63,466 bases of DNA, taken from contig CAVYBN010000006.1 in assembly GCA_963766795.1 (NCBI GenBank), positions 1 to 63,466 of the forward strand, written 5' to 3'. Made by a program: the position numbers and the translations under genes. The notes below the pieces were generated by a model, which saw only the letters and a program-made list of their open reading frames with translations, searched no databases and was not told the origin of the DNA. This DNA comes from Candidatus Parcubacteria bacterium (lineage in GTDB: Bacteria > Patescibacteriota > Minisyncoccia > Phycocordibacterales > PALSA-1337). This document shows positions 28,571 to 39,522 of this stretch, piece by piece (the first letter of the stretch is position 1; each line of letters begins with the position of its first letter).

Positions 28571-28969
28571 ATGGCTGATCAACCTAATCAGAAGAAGATC
28601 CTCTTCGTCGACGACGACAAATTCCTGCTCGACATGTACGCCTTGAAGTTCTCCAAAGCCGGCTACGAGGTCAAGACCGCCGATTCGGCCGAAGCGGCCA
28701 TGGCTCTCCTCAAGGGCGGCTTCGCGCCGGATGCCATGCTCATAGACATCGTCATGCCAGGCACTGACGGCCTGGACTTGGTCTCCTCGGTGCGCTCCGC
28801 CCGCTTGGCGCCGGACGCCGCGATCATCATGCTCACCAACCAAAGCGCTTCCGACGACATCGCCCGGTCCAAGAAGCTTGGCATCGACGGCTTCGTCGTC
28901 AAGGCCACGACCATCCCCTCGGAAGTCCTGTCGGAGGTCGAGAAGATGATGGCGACGAAGAATAATTAA
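28571..28969 (+). CDS. Stand-alone response regulator (receiver domain)
   Basis: ILFVDDD, LIDIVMPGTDG, IIMLTN, FVVKA. Confidence 0.93.
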   Translation: MADQPNQKKILFVDDDKFLLDMYALKFSKAGYEVKTADSAEAAMALLKGGFAPDAMLIDIVMPGTDGLDLVSSVRSARLAPDAAIIMLTNQSASDDIARSKKLGIDGFVVKATTIPSEVLSEVEKMMATKNN

Positions 28970-29135
28970 ATTCCAAATTCCAAGCACCAATCTCCAAATG
29001 AAATGAAAATAACAAATTCCAAAAATCAAATTCCAGAAAAATCTCAGAATTCAAATTTCAAAGATAAGCTCAAAAACCTTTTGATCATTGGAATTTGGAG
29101 CTTATCTGGAAATTGTAATTTGGAATTTGTAATTT
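28968..29135 (+). repeat. Heptamer-arm element family A, copy 3 (left arm duplicated)
   Basis: Core CCAGAAAAATCTCAGAATTCAAATTTCAAA...TTTTGATCATTGGAATTTGGAGCTTATCTGGA. Confidence 0.9.
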
Positions 29136-29142
29136 AACTACA

Positions 29143-30202
29143 ATGGACTACCGCAAAGAAATCCAAGAGCTCGTCGACCTGATCATCAAGGAGAACGCTT
29201 CCGACCTGCATCTGTCGGCCGGGCGCACCCCGATCATCCGAGTATCCGGAGGGCTCATTCCTTTGGTCAAGAAGCCGGTCATCACGGATGCCGACATGAA
29301 GGGCTTCGTGGGCATCTTCCTCTCGGCCCCGGGCCGCGAGATCCTAGAGCGCGACAAGACCGCCGATTTCTCGTACAGCCTGGTCCAGACGCGATTCCGC
29401 GGCAACGTCTATTACCGCCAAGGGTCGTTATCCATAGCGCTACGCCTCATCCCGCGGGTCATCCGTACCCTGGCCGAGCTCAATTTGCCGCCGATCCTGG
29501 AGACCTTCACCCGCCGCAGGCAGGGATTCTTCCTGACGGTCGGACCGGTCGGGCAGGGCAAGACCACTACTCTGGCCACTTTGATCGAGATCATCAACCA
29601 GACCCGGGCCGAGCACATCCTGACCATCGAAGATCCCGATCGAATACCAATTCGAGTCGAAGCGCTCCATCATCGACCAGCGCGAGGTCCGCATAGACAC
29701 GCCGGATTTCAGCGACGCCCTGGTCTCGATGTTCCGCGAGGACATAGACGTCTGCATGGTCGGCGAGATGCGCGACGCCATGACCATATCCACGGCCGTG
29801 ACCGCCGCCGAGACCGGCCACTTGATCTTCTCGACCCTGCACACCAACGACGCTTCCCAGACCATCGACCGCATCATCGACTCGTTCCCGTCCGATCAGC
29901 AGGACCAGATCCGCGTCCAGCTGGCCGGATCGATGACCGGCATCTTCTCACAGCGCCTGATCCCGCGGATCTCCGGCGGCCTCATCCCGGCCTACGAGCT
30001 CCTGATCAACAACAACGCCGTCTCCAACCTGATCCGCGAGAAGCGCATACACGAGATCAACACGGTCATAGAGACCAGCTCGCAGGAAGGCATGATCGAC
30101 TTCAACCGCTCGCTGGCTGAACTGGTCAGAGCGGGGGAGATCACGGTGGAGAGCGCATATTTGAACTCGCATAATCCGAAAGTCCTCGAAAAAATGATTT
30201 GA
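29143..30202 (+). CDS. pilT: Type IV pilus retraction ATPase PilT (+1 frameshift near 29637)
   Basis: ASDLHLSAG, GPVGQGKTTTL, TIEDP|IE, VGEMRD, GHLIFSTLHTN, RIIDSFP. Confidence 0.95.
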
Positions 30203-30203
30203 A

Positions 30204-30276
30204 AGGGTACAGGGGTCAGGGAACAGGGTACAGTAAAACTCAAAACCACACCCTGTACCCTGTACCCTGTACCCTG
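30204..30276. repeat. GGGTACA heptamer-arm element family B, copy 2
   Basis: agggtacaggggtcagggaacagggtacag ... ccctgtaccctgtaccctgtaccctg. Confidence 0.9.
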
Positions 30277-30289
30277 ATATACTTAACCC

Positions 30290-31507
30290 ATGCTCTTCAA
30301 CTACGAAGCCCTCGACAATACCGGAGCCAAGAAGATCGGCTCGATCGACGCCGTCAACGTAGACATAGCCATCGCCTCGCTCCAGCGGCGCGGTCTGGTC
30401 ATCACCTCGGTCGTCGAAGCCGGCAAGCCGGCCTCATTCCTGTCGATCAACGTCTCTTTCTTCGACCGCGTCTCGAGCAAGGACGTGGTCATCCTCTCCC
30501 GCCAGCTCTCGACCCTGTTCGAAGCCCAAGTCTCGGCCATGCGCATCTTCCGCCTCTTGGCCTCCGAGACCGAGAAGCGCCCCCTGGCCGTGGTCTTGGA
30601 AGCCGTGGCTGACGATCTGCAATCCGGCGATTCCATCTCCGCGGCTCTGGAGAAGCATCCGAAAGTCTTTTCGGAATTCTATGCCTCCATGGTCAAGGCC
30701 GGCGAAGAATCCGGCAAGCTCAACGACACCTTCCAATATCTGGCCGATTATCTGGACCGCACTTACGAGCTCTCCTCCAAAGTCCGCGGCGCGCTCATAT
30801 ATCCTGCCTTCGTGATGGTCACTTTCATCACCGTGATGATACTCATGTTCACCATGATCATCCCCAAGATCACTCCCATTCTGGAGCAATCCGGCGCCAC
30901 TATTCCCGTCTATACGCAGGTCATCATCGGCATCAGCAATTTCCTGGTCCAATACGGCCTGGTACTCTTGGCGGCTCTGATCGTGGGCGCGTTCTTCCTG
31001 GTGCGCTTCATCCGCACTCCGGCCGGCCGCTTCGCCTACGACCGCGCCAAGCTGCACGTCCCGTACGTCTCGACGCTCTACCGCAAGCTCTATCTCTCGC
31101 GCCTGGCCGACAACATGAATACCATGCTCTCTTCCGGCATCCCGATGGTCCGGGCGCTCGAATTGACCTCGACCGTCATCAACAACGGCGTGTACAAGAG
31201 GATCCTCTCCGACGCCATCGAAGCGGTCAAAGGCGGCGTCTCCCTCTCCGACGCGCTTTCGGTCGACCCCAAGGCCATCCCCGGCATCTTGACGCAGATG
31301 ACCAAGGTCGGCGAAGAAGCCGGCGAAGTCGGCCCCATCCTGAAGACCCTCTCCAATTTCTACGCCCGCGAAGTCTCCACGGCCGTCGACGCCCTGGTCT
31401 CCCTGATCGAGCCGGCCATGATCGTCCTTCTGGGCGCCGGCGTAGGCATCCTCCTCGCGGCCGTGCTGGTGCCTATCTACTCGATCGCGCAATCGAGCGG
31501 GTCGTAA
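30290..31507 (+). CDS. pilC: Type IV pilus platform protein PilC/GspF
   Basis: RQLSTL, AGEESG, ALIYPAF, SGIP, GEEAG, LIEPAMI. Confidence 0.95.
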   Translation: MLFNYEALDNTGAKKIGSIDAVNVDIAIASLQRRGLVITSVVEAGKPASFLSINVSFFDRVSSKDVVILSRQLSTLFEAQVSAMRIFRLLASETEKRPLAVVLEAVADDLQSGDSISAALEKHPKVFSEFYASMVKAGEESGKLNDTFQYLADYLDRTYELSSKVRGALIYPAFVMVTFITVMILMFTMIIPKITPILEQSGATIPVYTQVIIGISNFLVQYGLVLLAALIVGAFFLVRFIRTPAGRFAYDRAKLHVPYVSTLYRKLYLSRLADNMNTMLSSGIPMVRALELTSTVINNGVYKRILSDAIEAVKGGVSLSDALSVDPKAIPGILTQMTKVGEEAGEVGPILKTLSNFYAREVSTAVDALVSLIEPAMIVLLGAGVGILLAAVLVPIYSIAQSSGS

Positions 31508-31635
31508 AAAGCTTGAGATAACATTATCCACAGGCCTATACCCCCGTTTTTAACGGGATGCTACAATTACCCCAAACCATTTAACGCAATGGTCGTGTCC
31601 CTTTAACAGGTGATTAACAGTAAATAACTTATAAA

Positions 31636-32160
31636 ATGAAAAAGCTCACTCGAGGTTTCACCCTCATCGAATTGCTCGTCGTCATCGCCATCATCGGCGT
31701 CTTGGCGTCCATCGTGCTCGTGTCTCTGAACGGCGCCAGAAAGAAGGGTGCAGATGCGCGCGTTATTTCCGATGTTCAGGAGATACGCACGGCTTTGGAG
31801 TCTGGTTATAACGGTAGTGGATATCCGGATGTTACTAATATTCAGACAAGTAGTTTCGTACTGACTCAAAGCTCTGGCTGTAATGCTGGTTATTGGAATA
31901 ATGGCGGTAGTCAGAATGTTGCCATTAGTGCACTGGTTAATGATGCATGTAGCCAAGAGGGCAATACTCCCAATGGTACCAATAGCGCTATAAGTATTAT
32001 TGTCAACAATAATACAGTTCCAATTTCCCAAACTGGTGGGTATCTTATCCAAGGGTATCAATCGTCTACTGGTACTTGGTTTTGTATAGACAATACTGGC
32101 AAGGCAGTTCAAAGTGATACAGTAAAGACAGCATCTGCTACGGCAGCACCAGGTTGTTAA
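31636..32160 (+). CDS. Type IV pilin 1 (probable major pilin)
   Basis: RG|[20 protein letters not shown]; C-terminal Cys pairs. Confidence 0.95.
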   Translation: MKKLTRGFTLIELLVVIAIIGVLASIVLVSLNGARKKGADARVISDVQEIRTALESGYNGSGYPDVTNIQTSSFVLTQSSGCNAGYWNNGGSQNVAISALVNDACSQEGNTPNGTNSAISIIVNNNTVPISQTGGYLIQGYQSSTGTWFCIDNTGKAVQSDTVKTASATAAPGC

Positions 32161-32182
32161 TCCCAGTAGATCTCACCCTTTC

Positions 32183-32210
32183 AACAAAACCCCTCGTGGG
32201 GTTTTGTTTT
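32183..32210 (+). terminator. Rho-independent terminator after pilin 1
   Basis: AACAAAACCCC-TCGT-GGGGTTTTGTTTT. Confidence 0.85.
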
Positions 32211-32370
32211 ACAAGGAAAAGACAAGCTTTAATCTCGGTATCTGTTCAATGTTATCCACATGTCCACATTGGCGTTTTCCGGCAAATGCTATAATTATGG
32301 CACGCCATTAACACTAATGGTACGAGTTCCTTTATAAGAGCTTATTAACAGTTTATTCATAAATCATAAA

Positions 32371-32887
32371 ATGAAAAAGTTCACTCGAGGTTTCACCCTC
32401 ATCGAATTGCTCGTCGTCATCGCCATCATCGGTATCTTGGCGTCCATCGTGCTCGTGTCATTGAACGGCGCTAGAAAGAAGGGATGCTGATGCCCGCATC
32501 ATCTCCGATGTCCAGGAGATTCGCACGGCTCTGGAGACCGGTTATAACGGTTCGGGATATTCTGATCTTGTCGCAATTGCCAACTGCAATGGCACGACGA
32601 ATGCCGTTAATGCGGTTTTGAACACTAACGCGGCTCTTAATGGATGTGTTGCTCCGGCGGGCCCTGACAATAACAATATCAGTACGCTTGCTAATGATGC
32701 CCTAAGCCAAGGCGGCTTTATCTATCTCGATGAGAATGCAGGGTCGCCAGTCAATGGTTATACTCTTCGTGGACAATTGTCTTCGAATAACAAAGGAGAT
32801 TTCTGCATTGACTCGACGGGTAAGACTGATGGGTCCGAACCTTTCGGGACTCCGAACACGAACGCCGCTGTTGTCGGTTGTCAGTAA
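32371..32887 (+). CDS. Type IV pilin 2, paralog of pilin 1 (+1 frameshift near 32487)
   Basis: The 5' ~160 nt are near-identical to pilin 1; divergent C-terminus ending FCIDSTG...GCQ. Confidence 0.9.
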
Positions 32888-32911
32888 TTCCTAGTAATTG
32901 TCTTGCTTCCC

Positions 32912-32940
32912 AACAAAACCCCTCGCGGGGTTTTGTTTTT
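32912..32940 (+). terminator. Rho-independent terminator after pilin 2
   Basis: AACAAAACCCC-TCGC-GGGGTTTTGTTTTT, one base different from the pilin 1 terminator. Confidence 0.85.
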
Positions 32941-32966
32941 GGGCGGAAAAGTGGTATAGTGGCGGC

Positions 32967-33360
32967 ATGAATATGAAAGGAGTAGTCGAATATTGGCTTA
33001 AAACGGCCGCGCATGATTATGAGACCATGGAGGTTTTGTACGATAACGGCAAGATATTCAGATTCATTGTTCTTTGGTCATATCATTCTAGAAAAGGTTT
33101 TGAAGGCGTTGGTCGTCAAAAAGATTGGAGAGCACGCGCCTTTTACGCATGACCTTGTTCAATTACAAGGATTGGCCGGTATTTCATTGTCCAAGGCGGA
33201 GACAGATATTTTAGACGAAGCGAACGATTTCAACATCAGAGCCAGATATCCAGAGCGTAAGCTCGAGTTCTATAAAAAATGCACCAAGGAATTCACCGAT
33301 AAATACATGCCCGCAATCAAGGATCTCTACCAAAAACTATGCAATACAGCGAAATCATAG
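32967..33360 (+). CDS. HEPN-domain protein (toxin partner; +1 frameshift near 33057)
   Basis: VEYWLKTAAHDY...LEKVLKAL...THDLVQL...RARYP. Confidence 0.85.
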
Positions 33361-33653
33361 CCGTAGTTAAGAAATATGCGGAATATCTTAAGAAATCCGG
33401 GATAATTCCGGACGCAGTTTATTTGTTCGGTTCCTACGCCAAAGGAGAACCTCGTAAAGACAGCGACATAGATGTGGCGGTAGTCTCTTCGTATCTGAAT
33501 GATAAATATGATGAAGGTCGTTTCAAACTTTGGAAACTTCGCAGGAATATCGATCTGCGCATCGAGCCGCACGGATTCACTCCGGAAGATTGGGCCGACG
33601 ATTCCAATCCCATGCCGTATGAGATAAAGAAGACCGGCTTGCAGATCGCCTAA
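33339..33653 (+). CDS. MNT antitoxin
   Basis: YLFGSYAKG...DSDIDVAVVS...IEPHG. Confidence 0.9.
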   Translation: MQYSEIIAVVKKYAEYLKKSGIIPDAVYLFGSYAKGEPRKDSDIDVAVVSSYLNDKYDEGRFKLWKLRRNIDLRIEPHGFTPEDWADDSNPMPYEIKKTGLQIA

Positions 33654-33693
33654 AGGTTTTGTTTTTATCCGGCTGGATGCTATAGTCTCATCC

Positions 33694-36075
33694 ATGTCTG
33701 AAGGCAAATCGCAAGCCAAAATAAGGATGCTGTCGGTCGTCATTCCCGTCTATAACGAGCGCCAGACCATAGAAGAAACGCTCAAGAAAGTGATTGGGGT
33801 TGGGCTTCCATCCGGTTGGAGCAAGGAAATAATCATTGTTGACGACGGCTCAACTGATGGCACCAAGGAAGTATTGCAATCGTGGACTTCAAAGGTCACG
33901 GTCATATTCAGTCCTCAAAATGGAGGCAAAGGCGCGGCGCTGAAGCTGGGATTCAAGGCCGCGAAAGGGGATTACGTCATCATCCAGGATGCTGACCTAG
34001 AATACGATCCGGCTGATTATTCGAAACTGCTCCAGCCGATCATCGAGGGGAAGTCGGAAGTTGTCTTCGGCTCGCGCGTTCTGAACAAGAATGCTGTGCC
34101 GTTCAGCCGCATCTATTTCTACGGCGGCCTCTTGATAACCAAGATATTCAATCTTCTCTTCGGGACCAAAATCACCGACGTCGCCACTTGCTATAAGGTG
34201 TTCCCAAGGCAGTATGCTTTGGAAGCAGCTAGCCTGCCAGCCAATGATTTCGTTTTTGATGTCATAGAATTGACGGACTTCCTGCTTCGGAAGACACGGA
34301 ACATAGTCGAAGTGCCGATAAGCTATGTTTCCAGGCATAAGACCGAAGGCAAGAAGCTCAATTGGCGCCACGGCTGGCGATGTTTCAGGCGCTCAGTGAT
34401 GATCTTCTTCGAGTCGCGCAAGAAGCTCCAGCTCTTCCTGACATTCGCTCTATTCTTCGCGGTATTCTTCGCCGTCTATTTCTCCGTCAGCACGGTATCT
34501 TCCAGCGACGATCACTTTTTCCATTTCCGTTTCGCCCAGCAGATGTTCTCGCACGGATTCCTCCAGTCATTTTGGGATTTCAAATCCATATATTTCTCCA
34601 AGATAGCCCAGGGCAACGCCTATTTCGTCTATTACAATTTCCTGTTCTATATCGTCATCCTGCCGTTCACGTTCCTCAATCCGCTATTCCTCGCCATCAA
34701 GCTCTATGCTGTCTTCGCGGTATCATTCGCTTTCACTTTGCTCTACTGGTGCCTCAAGAAGTTCGGCGTTAAATATCCCTTCATTTGGACCTTGCTCTTC
34801 GTGGCGATCACCAATACCGGCGCGATCTGGCGATTCTTCCTGTCGCGTCCGTATGCCCTAGCGCCGTCATTGCTCCTATTGTTATTAGTCTTCCTTTATA
34901 AGAAGAACCACTGGGGCGTCTTCATCGTCAGTATCGTCTATCTGTTCTGGCACAGCGCTACTTTCTTCATGCCGCTCGGCGTGGCGCTGGCTTATTACAT
35001 CTCTGAAAGATTCTACGGCTCGAAAGGCGATCATAAGAATCTTATCGCGGCTTTCGGCGGCACGGCTCTGGCCGTGGCTTCGACGTATCTGGTCTCTTCG
35101 GGATTCCTGCTGTATATGCGCGACATCATCTTCGGCACCTATTGGGATACCATTCTTGGCAAGAAGGTGAATATCGGAGAAGGCGGTGAACTGTATCCTC
35201 TGGATTTCTTCAATGTCATACAGACCAACGCTCTGGTATTCGGCGCGTTCGTCACGGCGATATCCGTGGATGTCTGGAGCTATGTCGCCTATAAATGGAA
35301 GCGCGCCACGGCCGACGAATATTTTGCCGGTTTGCTGCCGGAGCGCCGCCATCTGCAGACCAGCATGCTCGTCATGACAGCCTGCTTCTTCCTAGGAACT
35401 ATAGTCGCGAGCGCCCGTTTTGGAGATTATTTCACGTTCTTCGCGGCGGTATACGTCGCACTGTCATTCGATCATATCCGTTCTGCCATCAAGATCTCCG
35501 GAAGCCGGCTCGTCAAGCGCAGTGTGGCTTGCGGGCTAGCGATCGTCCTCGGCTATCTATTCTTGAGCAACATGCTGTTCCTCCAGGAAAGACTGGCCTA
35601 TGGCGCATCGACGAATGAATTCTATCAAGTTGGGGCATGGCTGAACCACAATACTAAACCCGGCAGCGTGGTATTCAACGCCAACTGGAGCTGGTTCGCG
35701 GAGCTCTATTACAACAGCCCGCAAGACAATTATGTCGGAGGTCTGGAGCCGAGATTCGCGTATACTTATGACGCGAAAGCCTATTGGGAATGGACGCATA
35801 TCTCCAACAATGGGTATGTCTGTGCCACTGAAAAATGTCCAGATATCCAGATAGTGGCGGAAAAAGCTTTCAGCCGAGGCGGAGATCCGCAAGCGTGGGC
35901 GACGACCACTGGGAATGCCATCGCGAATTCGCTGATCGACACTTTTCATTCCCATTATGTCGTGACCTCCAAGGATTATCTGGCCTTCAATTACATCATG
36001 GACCATAATACCCATTTCAAGCACGAGCTGTATGATCCCACCTACGGATTCTCGGTATACTCCGTCAAACCCTGA
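33694..36075 (+). CDS. GT2 (polyprenyl-phosphate glycosyltransferase-like) domain fused to a multi-TM GT-C-like domain
   Basis: LSVVIPVYNE, IVDDGSTDGT, QDADLEYDP; then SSDDHFFH, many TM helices, RPY, and a C-terminal extracytoplasmic region. Confidence 0.85.
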   Translation: MSEGKSQAKIRMLSVVIPVYNERQTIEETLKKVIGVGLPSGWSKEIIIVDDGSTDGTKEVLQSWTSKVTVIFSPQNGGKGAALKLGFKAAKGDYVIIQDADLEYDPADYSKLLQPIIEGKSEVVFGSRVLNKNAVPFSRIYFYGGLLITKIFNLLFGTKITDVATCYKVFPRQYALEAASLPANDFVFDVIELTDFLLRKTRNIVEVPISYVSRHKTEGKKLNWRHGWRCFRRSVMIFFESRKKLQLFLTFALFFAVFFAVYFSVSTVSSSDDHFFHFRFAQQMFSHGFLQSFWDFKSIYFSKIAQGNAYFVYYNFLFYIVILPFTFLNPLFLAIKLYAVFAVSFAFTLLYWCLKKFGVKYPFIWTLLFVAITNTGAIWRFFLSRPYALAPSLLLLLLVFLYKKNHWGVFIVSIVYLFWHSATFFMPLGVALAYYISERFYGSKGDHKNLIAAFGGTALAVASTYLVSSGFLLYMRDIIFGTYWDTILGKKVNIGEGGELYPLDFFNVIQTNALVFGAFVTAISVDVWSYVAYKWKRATADEYFAGLLPERRHLQTSMLVMTACFFLGTIVASARFGDYFTFFAAVYVALSFDHIRSAIKISGSRLVKRSVACGLAIVLGYLFLSNMLFLQERLAYGASTNEFYQVGAWLNHNTKPGSVVFNANWSWFAELYYNSPQDNYVGGLEPRFAYTYDAKAYWEWTHISNNGYVCATEKCPDIQIVAEKAFSRGGDPQAWATTTGNAIANSLIDTFHSHYVVTSKDYLAFNYIMDHNTHFKHELYDPTYGFSVYSVKP

Positions 36076-36792
36076 TGCCAAAACCCAAGGAATACAACCA
36101 GGAGACGCTTTCCGGGGATTTCGAATTCATGGCCTTGCGCGAGGCCGTGAATTACCAGCGCTGGCTGGTCAAGGAGCTGGGGGTATCGATCAGCGGCCGG
36201 ACGATCGAGATCGGCGCAGGCATCGGACAGATGACGACGGCTCTGCGGGCTCTGCCAAGGATCTCGCACTTGCAATCGGTAGAACCCGAAGCGGCCTTCT
36301 GTGAGCGATTCCGTCGAGCCTTGCCTGGGCATCCGCTTATACAGGGGACAATCAGAGACGTGGGGAGTGAAGACTGGCATTCCATAGTCAGCATAAACGT
36401 CCTCGAGCATATAGAAGACGACCAAGCCGAGCTCGCCGCCTATCAGAGGAAATTACGCGGCAATAAAGGTGTCTTGGCGCTCTTCGTACCGGCCCGGCCG
36501 GAATTGTATGCGCCGATAAGATCGCGATTTCGGGCATTACCGTCGCTACGGCAAGCACAGCCTGCGCTCGAAATTGCATAAGGCTGGGTTCAGCGTGGAG
36601 AAGATGCGCTATTTCGACTTCGTCGGCTATTTCGCCTGGCACTTGAATTTCTGCCTACTCAAACGCCGGAATTTCGATCCCCGCTCGGTCAGGCTGTTCG
36701 ACCGGCTGATCTTCCCCTTGGAAAACTTCATAGAAACCAACATCTGCCCGCCTCCTTTCGGCAAGAATCTGCTCGTCATAGCGCGGGCATAG
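36075..36792 (+). CDS. Class I SAM-dependent methyltransferase (+1 frameshift near 36520)
   Basis: IEIGAGIG, VSINVLEHIEDD, LFVPA, D..FGHYRRY in the corrected frame. Confidence 0.85.
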
Positions 36793-36833
36793 CCTGTTGA
36801 TAAGTCGCCCGGATTATCTGCTATAATCCAAGC

Positions 36834-37389
36834 ATGCGTATCCTCAGCCGCGGCTTCACCCTCATAGAATTGTTGGTGGTCATCGCCATCATCGGCGTTC
36901 TGGCGTCCATCGTGCTGGCGTCACTGAGCCGGCGCCAGGAACAGAGGCAAAGATACGCGCATCGTCTCGGATGTCCACGAATTAAGGACGCAGATGGAGA
37001 ATGATCGCACGCCCACTGATTATTCGGGCAGTTTCACTATAGTCACTGCTTCCGCGACCGTATGGTTTGGCAGTGGCACTTTGACGCAATACTCTGCCGT
37101 CGTTTCAGATGCCAAAACGAATTCATCGATCAACGGACCTATCGCCACGACCACTTATATCAGTCCGGGTGGCACGGTCATCAGCGGCACTGCGGCTGCT
37201 GGCGCGGCAAATGGTCCGGAGATTGTTGTCGTTGAAAATGGCGTCGCATCCGGCGGTCTTTGGACGACGAAACCTACGGCTTATTCGATTTGGGGCTATT
37301 TGAGCACTGGCAATTGGTACTGTCTTGATTCCGCGGGAAATTCGAAGAACGGCACTTCAGCGACGCCGACTACCATCACTTGCCTGTAA
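36834..37389 (+). CDS. Type IV pilin 3 (+1 frameshift near 36929)
   Basis: RG|[20 protein letters not shown]; WYCLDSAG...C. Confidence 0.88.
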
Positions 37390-37444
37390 AAGATCAAAAA
37401 AGACAGTTGCTGCCTTTTCCGTGTCAGCCGGCTAAAATAGCATC

Positions 37445-37999
37445 ATGAATCTTCAATCTTCAATCTTCAATATTCAATCGCGCAGTCGCGCCTTCACTCT
37501 GATTGAATTGATCGTCGTCATCGCCATCATCGCGATCTTGACCGCCTTGATTCTGCCGGCTCTGGCCGGCTCAAAAGGCAAGGCTCGCGACGCGCAGAGA
37601 GTTTCCGATATCAGCCAATTGCAGGGCGCTTTGGAATTGTATTTTGACAGGTGCGGAGATTATCCGGCTCCTGATAATAATAAGATAGACAGCACAGTTT
37701 TAACACAAACTGATAGCAATTGTCCGTCCGGCGTCACATTCCAGACTTATATATCCCAAGTGCCTACGCCGCCAGCCGGAGCAGGTCAATCTGCCTATGA
37801 TTATGCGGTTATGAGCACTTCCGGCGGTCTTGCAGTGAACTATGTTTTGCATGCTGCGCTTGAATCGCCTAATGCGGCCGGCGCAAAAAGCCTCAATGGA
37901 ATGCCGACTCCGCCAAACGGTTATAGTTGGTCAGGATCGGCCAGCTATACATGCAGCAATACCAGCGGTTCTGTCGATTATTGCGCGACTTCTAACTGA
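37445..37999 (+). CDS. Type IV pilin 4/pseudopilin
   Basis: RA|FTLIELIVVIAII, KARDAQRVSDI, LELY...YP; the leader is made of AATCTTC heptamers. Confidence 0.9.
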   Translation: MNLQSSIFNIQSRSRAFTLIELIVVIAIIAILTALILPALAGSKGKARDAQRVSDISQLQGALELYFDRCGDYPAPDNNKIDSTVLTQTDSNCPSGVTFQTYISQVPTPPAGAGQSAYDYAVMSTSGGLAVNYVLHAALESPNAAGAKSLNGMPTPPNGYSWSGSASYTCSNTSGSVDYCATSN

Positions 38000-38809
38000 T
38001 GTTTCCGGTCATTCCTCTAATCACTGTCCTAGCTTTCATCTTCGGCTGCGTCATCGGCAGCTTTTTGAACGTGGTGTCTCTGCGATTCAAAACCGGCAAG
38101 GGCTTGAATGGCCGCTCGATGTGCATGTCTTGCGGCAAGACTCTGACTTGGAAAGAATTGGTGCCGGTTTTCAGTTTCTTAGTCCAAAAAGGGAAGTGCC
38201 ATGGCTGTAAGAGCAAGATCTCATGGCAGTACCCGTTGGTCGAGCTGGCCACCGGAACATTGTTCGCGTTGATATTTTGGCAAACTTTGAAGTACGCGAC
38301 GATTTCACCGGCTGTCATTGCGATCACACTGATATACCTGATTTCAACCTGCCTTTTAATTGTAATCACCGTCTATGACATCAGACATAAGATCATCCCC
38401 GATTCGTTGGTCTACACATTCGACACGCTGGCTTTAATCAGCGTATTTGTCGGAGGACCAATCGATGATCCACGCGCCGCATCTCTGGACCTTGCTAGCC
38501 GGTCCGATACTGGCCTTGCCGTTCGCTTTGCTCTGGCTGGGCTCAAAAGGCGCTTGGATGGGCCTTGGCGACGCCAAACTGGTCTTAGGGCTGGGCTGGC
38601 TCCTCGGCTTGAATGCCGGTACCAATGCGGTCATTCTGGCCTTCTGGATCGGCGCGATCATAAGCTTGCTCTGGATGTTCGCGACTTATCGCCGATTCAA
38701 ATCCCGCTTGGAGATCCCATTCGGGCCGTATCTGATCCTTGGACTTTATCTAGTCTTGTTTTTCCATATCCAAGTCCTCGATTTCCGCATGCTGGCGAGC
38801 CTTTTTTGA
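37999..38809 (+). CDS. pilD: Prepilin peptidase (A24; +1 frameshift near 38460)
   Basis: GSFLNVV, RSMCMSC, CHGC, YPLVE, YDIRHKII, MGLGDAKL, IPFGPYL. Confidence 0.93.
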
Positions 38810-38862
38810 CGCATGTGGGCGGTCGCATATCAATGTCAGCCGTTTATTGATACAATAGGCGC

Positions 38863-39513
38863 ATGAGCCGCGGCTTCACTCTAATCGAGCTGGTCATTTC
38901 GATAGCCATCTTCGTCATCATGACGGCTTTGGTCGTCGCCAAATACGGCAATTTCAATCAAGGCGCGCTCCTGACTGACACCGCCTATGACATCGCATTG
39001 GTGCTCCACACCGCGCAGTCTTACGGTTTGAGCGTCAAGAATGCCGGCGCGCTTGGCAGGCGCCGCCAATTTCCAGACGGCTTACGGAGTGGATTTCATT
39101 CAGCTCTCCAAGCGCCAATTCGTGCGCATCGGGTGGAGTGTCGTCGAATCCCACGAATATAACTCTGTTCGCCGATACTGATCCTCCTACTACGCGACGA
39201 TTCCGATCAATGTATGCACCTCGAATGACACAGGCGTCACTTCCTACGCCATCACCCGCGGCGCGACCGTTTCTTGTTTCTACGCCGGGCCGCCGCCTTC
39301 CGGATCAGCAATCAGTCGTTTGCGCTTCCGTCAATGACAATGTCACTCAGCTCGACATCACTTTCCTGCGTCCCAATCCCGATGCCACGATCTGCGGCGG
39401 CGTCAGCGTCTAATTGCAACAATCCGTACGGCCAGATCACTTTGAAGGCGAGCGACGGCAGTCTGCGCACCATCGGCGTGTATCAGAACGGGCAGATCGT
39501 AGTCAATCAGTGA
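38863..39513 (+). CDS. Minor pilin (FimT/GspH-like; several apparent frameshifts)
   Basis: RG|FTLIELVISIAI; the C-terminal part in other frames has ITFLRP and GQIVVNQ. Confidence 0.75.
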
Positions 39514-39522
39514 TAATACAAC

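Noticed and set aside
23338-31531. Long antisense ORFs (e.g. 23338-24423, 26560-28014, 30434-31531)
   Set aside because: Shadow ORFs of GC-rich pil genes; no motifs or independent starts.
31636-32887. Pilin 1/pilin 2 similarity as a DGR TR/VR pair
   Set aside because: Differences are mostly synonymous and not adenine-biased; ordinary paralogy.
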